NCBI RefSeq assembly: GCF_004010195.1
Contig: NC_057718.1
Coordinates: 33,288,820 to 33,315,544 of the forward strand
DNA length: 26,725 nt
Origin: Chiloscyllium plagiosum
Taxonomy: Eukaryota
Reading direction: 5' to 3'
The notes beneath the pieces are model-generated. The model saw nothing but the letters and a program-made list of their open reading frames with translations. It was not told where the DNA came from and ran no database searches. Below, in pieces: positions 24,131 to 26,725 of this stretch. The position numbers were made by a program, and so were the translations under genes. Positions within the stretch are counted from its first letter, which is position 1; each line of letters starts with the position of its first letter.

Positions 24131-25659
24131 TTACATTTTTGGGTAACCACATCCTAGTTTCCAGTGAACAAAATACTGCCAACCAATCTGACACAATTAA
24201 TACCATAAAAATGGTCACAGTCAAACAGGTCAGAGGATAGGCTGTTTCAGGCATGGCGTTCTTATGATTAAGGGTGTTCCTTGTATGTTTTGCGAAGTTC
24301 TCTGCTGAGACTACATTTCAGGCATCATTTTGTCATACCAAAGGTAGGAGGGGCATGTATTTATCATCTCTGACCCAAAGATATCTTGCTTCGGACTGGC
24401 TGATATTGTTGCTAAGCACAATAAATAAATGCATTGCATTGCCTAACATAGTCACACAATAAGCTGGTAGATATAAATAAATAAGTTGTTTGTGTATTGA
24501 ATATTTTCATTGGCTTTAACACAGACATGAATCCAGTCCAAAAGAAAATCTCCCAGCCCACTGAAGGCTCAAAGACTTTTTGTGATATTGCAATTAAATA
24601 ATTTAGCAATACCACAGCATATTGACATCTAACCGATGCATTAGTGGCAAGCGACCTTGACCATTAAGATTACAATCAGAAAATTATCTCTGAAGTATTC
24701 ATTGCAGCACACACACAAAAGTTTAAGCCACAAAGATTGATTTACCATCCAGCAAACCTTGAGTACTGTCAGAATTCAGACAAGTGAGGATTGGAAACTT
24801 GGCTGACTTGCTTATTAGCCCAGTTCCCGCTGAAAACTTGCTTTACAGAGAATTATGCCTGGGCTGTATGCCCATGCAATTGACCCTAGCTCTTTTGGAT
24901 TTGAAACCTAACCTAATTCAGCATACATATAGCATGCTAAGAAGAATGTGCTTTCTTTTTTGACATTTGGGAAGAGGTTTCGTCTGCAGAAAACAAATTA
25001 TAAAAGATGAGAAAAAGGAGTCTGTCCTACCACAACTCCACTAGAGATGAGCTAAAGGTGGTCTTCTACATAATCCAGTGTCCAGCCAATGACTCTGGCA
25101 AATTATTTATGGAATCTCCTTTGAGATCGTCTCTCACATCTGCAAGACATCATTTAACTCACTGGCAGGTCTATAGTAGAGGCTTAATCTTACACAGTTA
25201 ACATTTCTTCTTTATGAATAACTTAAAAAAGATACAACATTTATTAAAGCAGAAGGATCTGCGGTTGCATTGGCTGCCTAGGAGACTGAAGAGTAAGCAA
25301 TTTGTTCCTGAACTTTTTGGACCTTCTATTGAGACAAATATTGGTTTAATCCCAATAAAAATATTTGAGTATCCCATATTACTAAAGCAAATGGATCCAA
25401 TCTCCTCTTTCCTCATCTCCATTTTTCTTTCGTTACAACAGGAAATTGGAATAGTTTCAATCTTTTTTTAAAATAATTTGCAGCAATTGTTTAATGAAAT
25501 GTTTGCATACATTCCCTACCACTGATTTTATGATCATTTCAGGGTCAGGTATCCAAATCCATTAACTGTGTAAAAGATGCCTTTGCAGTACCATCAGAGC
25601 ATTTCTCAAAGTATAACAATCTTTCATACTTTTACTTGTTTTGCTATCAGTCGCATTAA

Positions 25660-25792
25660 TGGGACTAGAATGTGGTTTTGCTGAAAGATTTTAAGCAATT
25701 AGGAGCTGAATTAAAAAGCTCCAAGGTAATAGTTGCTGGATTACTATCTGTGCCATGGGCAAACTGGCAAAAGTAAATAAAATTAAGTAGGA
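25660..25792 (+). mobile_element. CR1 ORF1 (SGNH esterase-like) fragment
   Basis: Translates VVLLKDFKQLGAELKSSKVIVAGLLSVPWANWQK*, matching the CR1 ORF1 pattern F.ELG..LK...SKVIISGLLPVP.A. Confidence 0.7.
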
Positions 25793-25980
25793 TGTAGGTT
25801 TGCTCGTTGAGCTGCAGGTTTGATATCCAGACATTTCATTACCTGGCTAGGTAACATCATCAGTGGCGACCTCCAAGTGAAGCGAAGCTGTTGTCTCCTG
25901 CTTTCTATTTATATCTTTCTCCTGGATGGGGTTCCTGGGGTTTGTGGTGATATCATTTCCTGTTCGTTTTCTGAGGGGTT
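25793..25980 (-). mobile_element. Inverted Penelope-like terminal repeat (pLTR) segment
   Basis: Contains a hammerhead core on the minus strand and abuts a + strand PLE coding fragment; this inverted arrangement is characteristic of PLE insertions. Confidence 0.75.
25827..25866 (-). ncRNA. Minimal type I hammerhead ribozyme
   Basis: Minus strand: CCA-CUGAUGA-U-GUUACCU(AGCC)AGGUAAU-GAAA-U-GUC-UGG. Stem I CCA/UGG, 7-bp stem II with one G-U pair, both core boxes and a GUC triplet are present. Confidence 0.8.
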
Positions 25981-25985
25981 GACAG

Positions 25986-26318
25986 AACAGAAAACTGACA
26001 AACACTGACTAAATACTTAACTACACCAGCAACCATCCCAACACACACAAATGAAGCTGTATCAGAACACTATTCCAACGAGCCACCACACACTGCAGCA
26101 CAGACGAACTTCGGAAAACAGAGGAGAACCACCTATACAACGTATTCAAGAAGAACGGGGATACTCAAATAACACAGTGCGCAGATTCCTCAAGAACAAA
26201 CCACGACAAGCAGACCAGAAACCCTAACCACCTTACCCATACATCAAAGAAGTTTCAGAAATGACAGCCAGACTACTAAGACCCCTCGGAATCCTAGTAG
26301 CACACAAAACCCACCAAC
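25986..26318 (+). mobile_element. Penelope-like element A: RT thumb/linker fragment, disrupted
   Basis: RKLTNTD*ILNYTSNHPNTHK*SCIRTLFQRATTHCSTDELRKTEENHLYNVFKKNG...PYIKEVSEMTARLLRPLGILVAHK, with stops and frameshifts. Confidence 0.88.
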
Positions 26319-26725
26319 CAAGTCCTGAACTATGAAAGCAACCACCCTAACACACACAAACGAAGTTGCATCAAGACACTATTCAAAAGGGCCACAACAC
26401 ACTGCAGCACACCAGAACTGCAAAAAGAGGAACACCTGTACAAGGTATTCGCCAAAAACGGATACCCGCGCAATTTCATCAACAGATGCCTAAGAGAAAG
26501 ACAACGGAACGAGGACATGCCGCAACCCAAAGGACTAGCCACACTACCATACATCAGGAGCATTTCAGAACTGACAGCCAGACTACTGCGACCACTAGGA
26601 CTTATAACAGCACACAAACCAACAGCCACCCTCAGACAACAACTCACCAGAACGAAGGACCCGATACCCAGCATGAGCAAAACTAATGTAGTGTACAAAA
26701 TCCCATCCAAGGACTGCACAAAACA
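26319..26725 (+). mobile_element. Penelope-like element B: open RT thumb/linker running into the GIY-YIG endonuclease; continues past the window
   Basis: 135 stop-free codons: QVLNYESNHPNTHKRSCIKTLFKRATTHCS...NGYPRNFI...LPYIRSISELTARLLRPLG...TKDPIPSMSKTNVVYKIPSKDCTK; VVY is the first GIY-YIG motif. Confidence 0.92.

Noticed and set aside
26330..26719. 129-aa minus-strand and 106-aa plus-strand ORFs in the track
   Set aside because: Shadow frames of the Penelope coding frame that starts at 26319.
1..26725. Prokaryotic-type systems (CRISPR arrays, operons, defence islands), tRNA or rRNA genes
   Set aside because: No regularly spaced repeat-spacer array or dense coding; tRNA-like A/B boxes belong to SINE heads.

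Overview
A repeat-dense, AT-rich vertebrate window, almost certainly from a cartilaginous fish (shark or ray). The evidence is two HE1-type V-SINEs, HER1/CR1 LINEs and abundant Penelope-derived repeats. I find no host protein-coding gene I can support; the ORFs in the track that I could assign are transposon pieces, and the rest look like chance ORFs. Contents: one long 5'-truncated CR1 LINE plus several CR1 3' ends and a CR1 ORF1 fragment; two HE1 SINEs; other tRNA-derived SINE heads; an L2/CR1-group LINE fragment; decayed Ty3/Gypsy gag-pol; two PIF/Harbinger transposase fossils with possible Myb-like partner fragments; and Penelope-like elements (PLEs). The best leads are: minimal hammerhead-ribozyme cores in the PLE repeats (one nearly intact at 25827-25866, minus strand); a 153-bp near-perfect local duplication at the 5' junction of a young SINE; a 71-bp inverted repeat about 1 kb apart whose mismatches favour G-U pairs on the + strand; an apparently permuted Gypsy domain order; and a PLE nested in another PLE. 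I cannot claim a wholly new biological system from sequence alone. Family assignments come from motifs recognised by eye and from memory, not from database searches.
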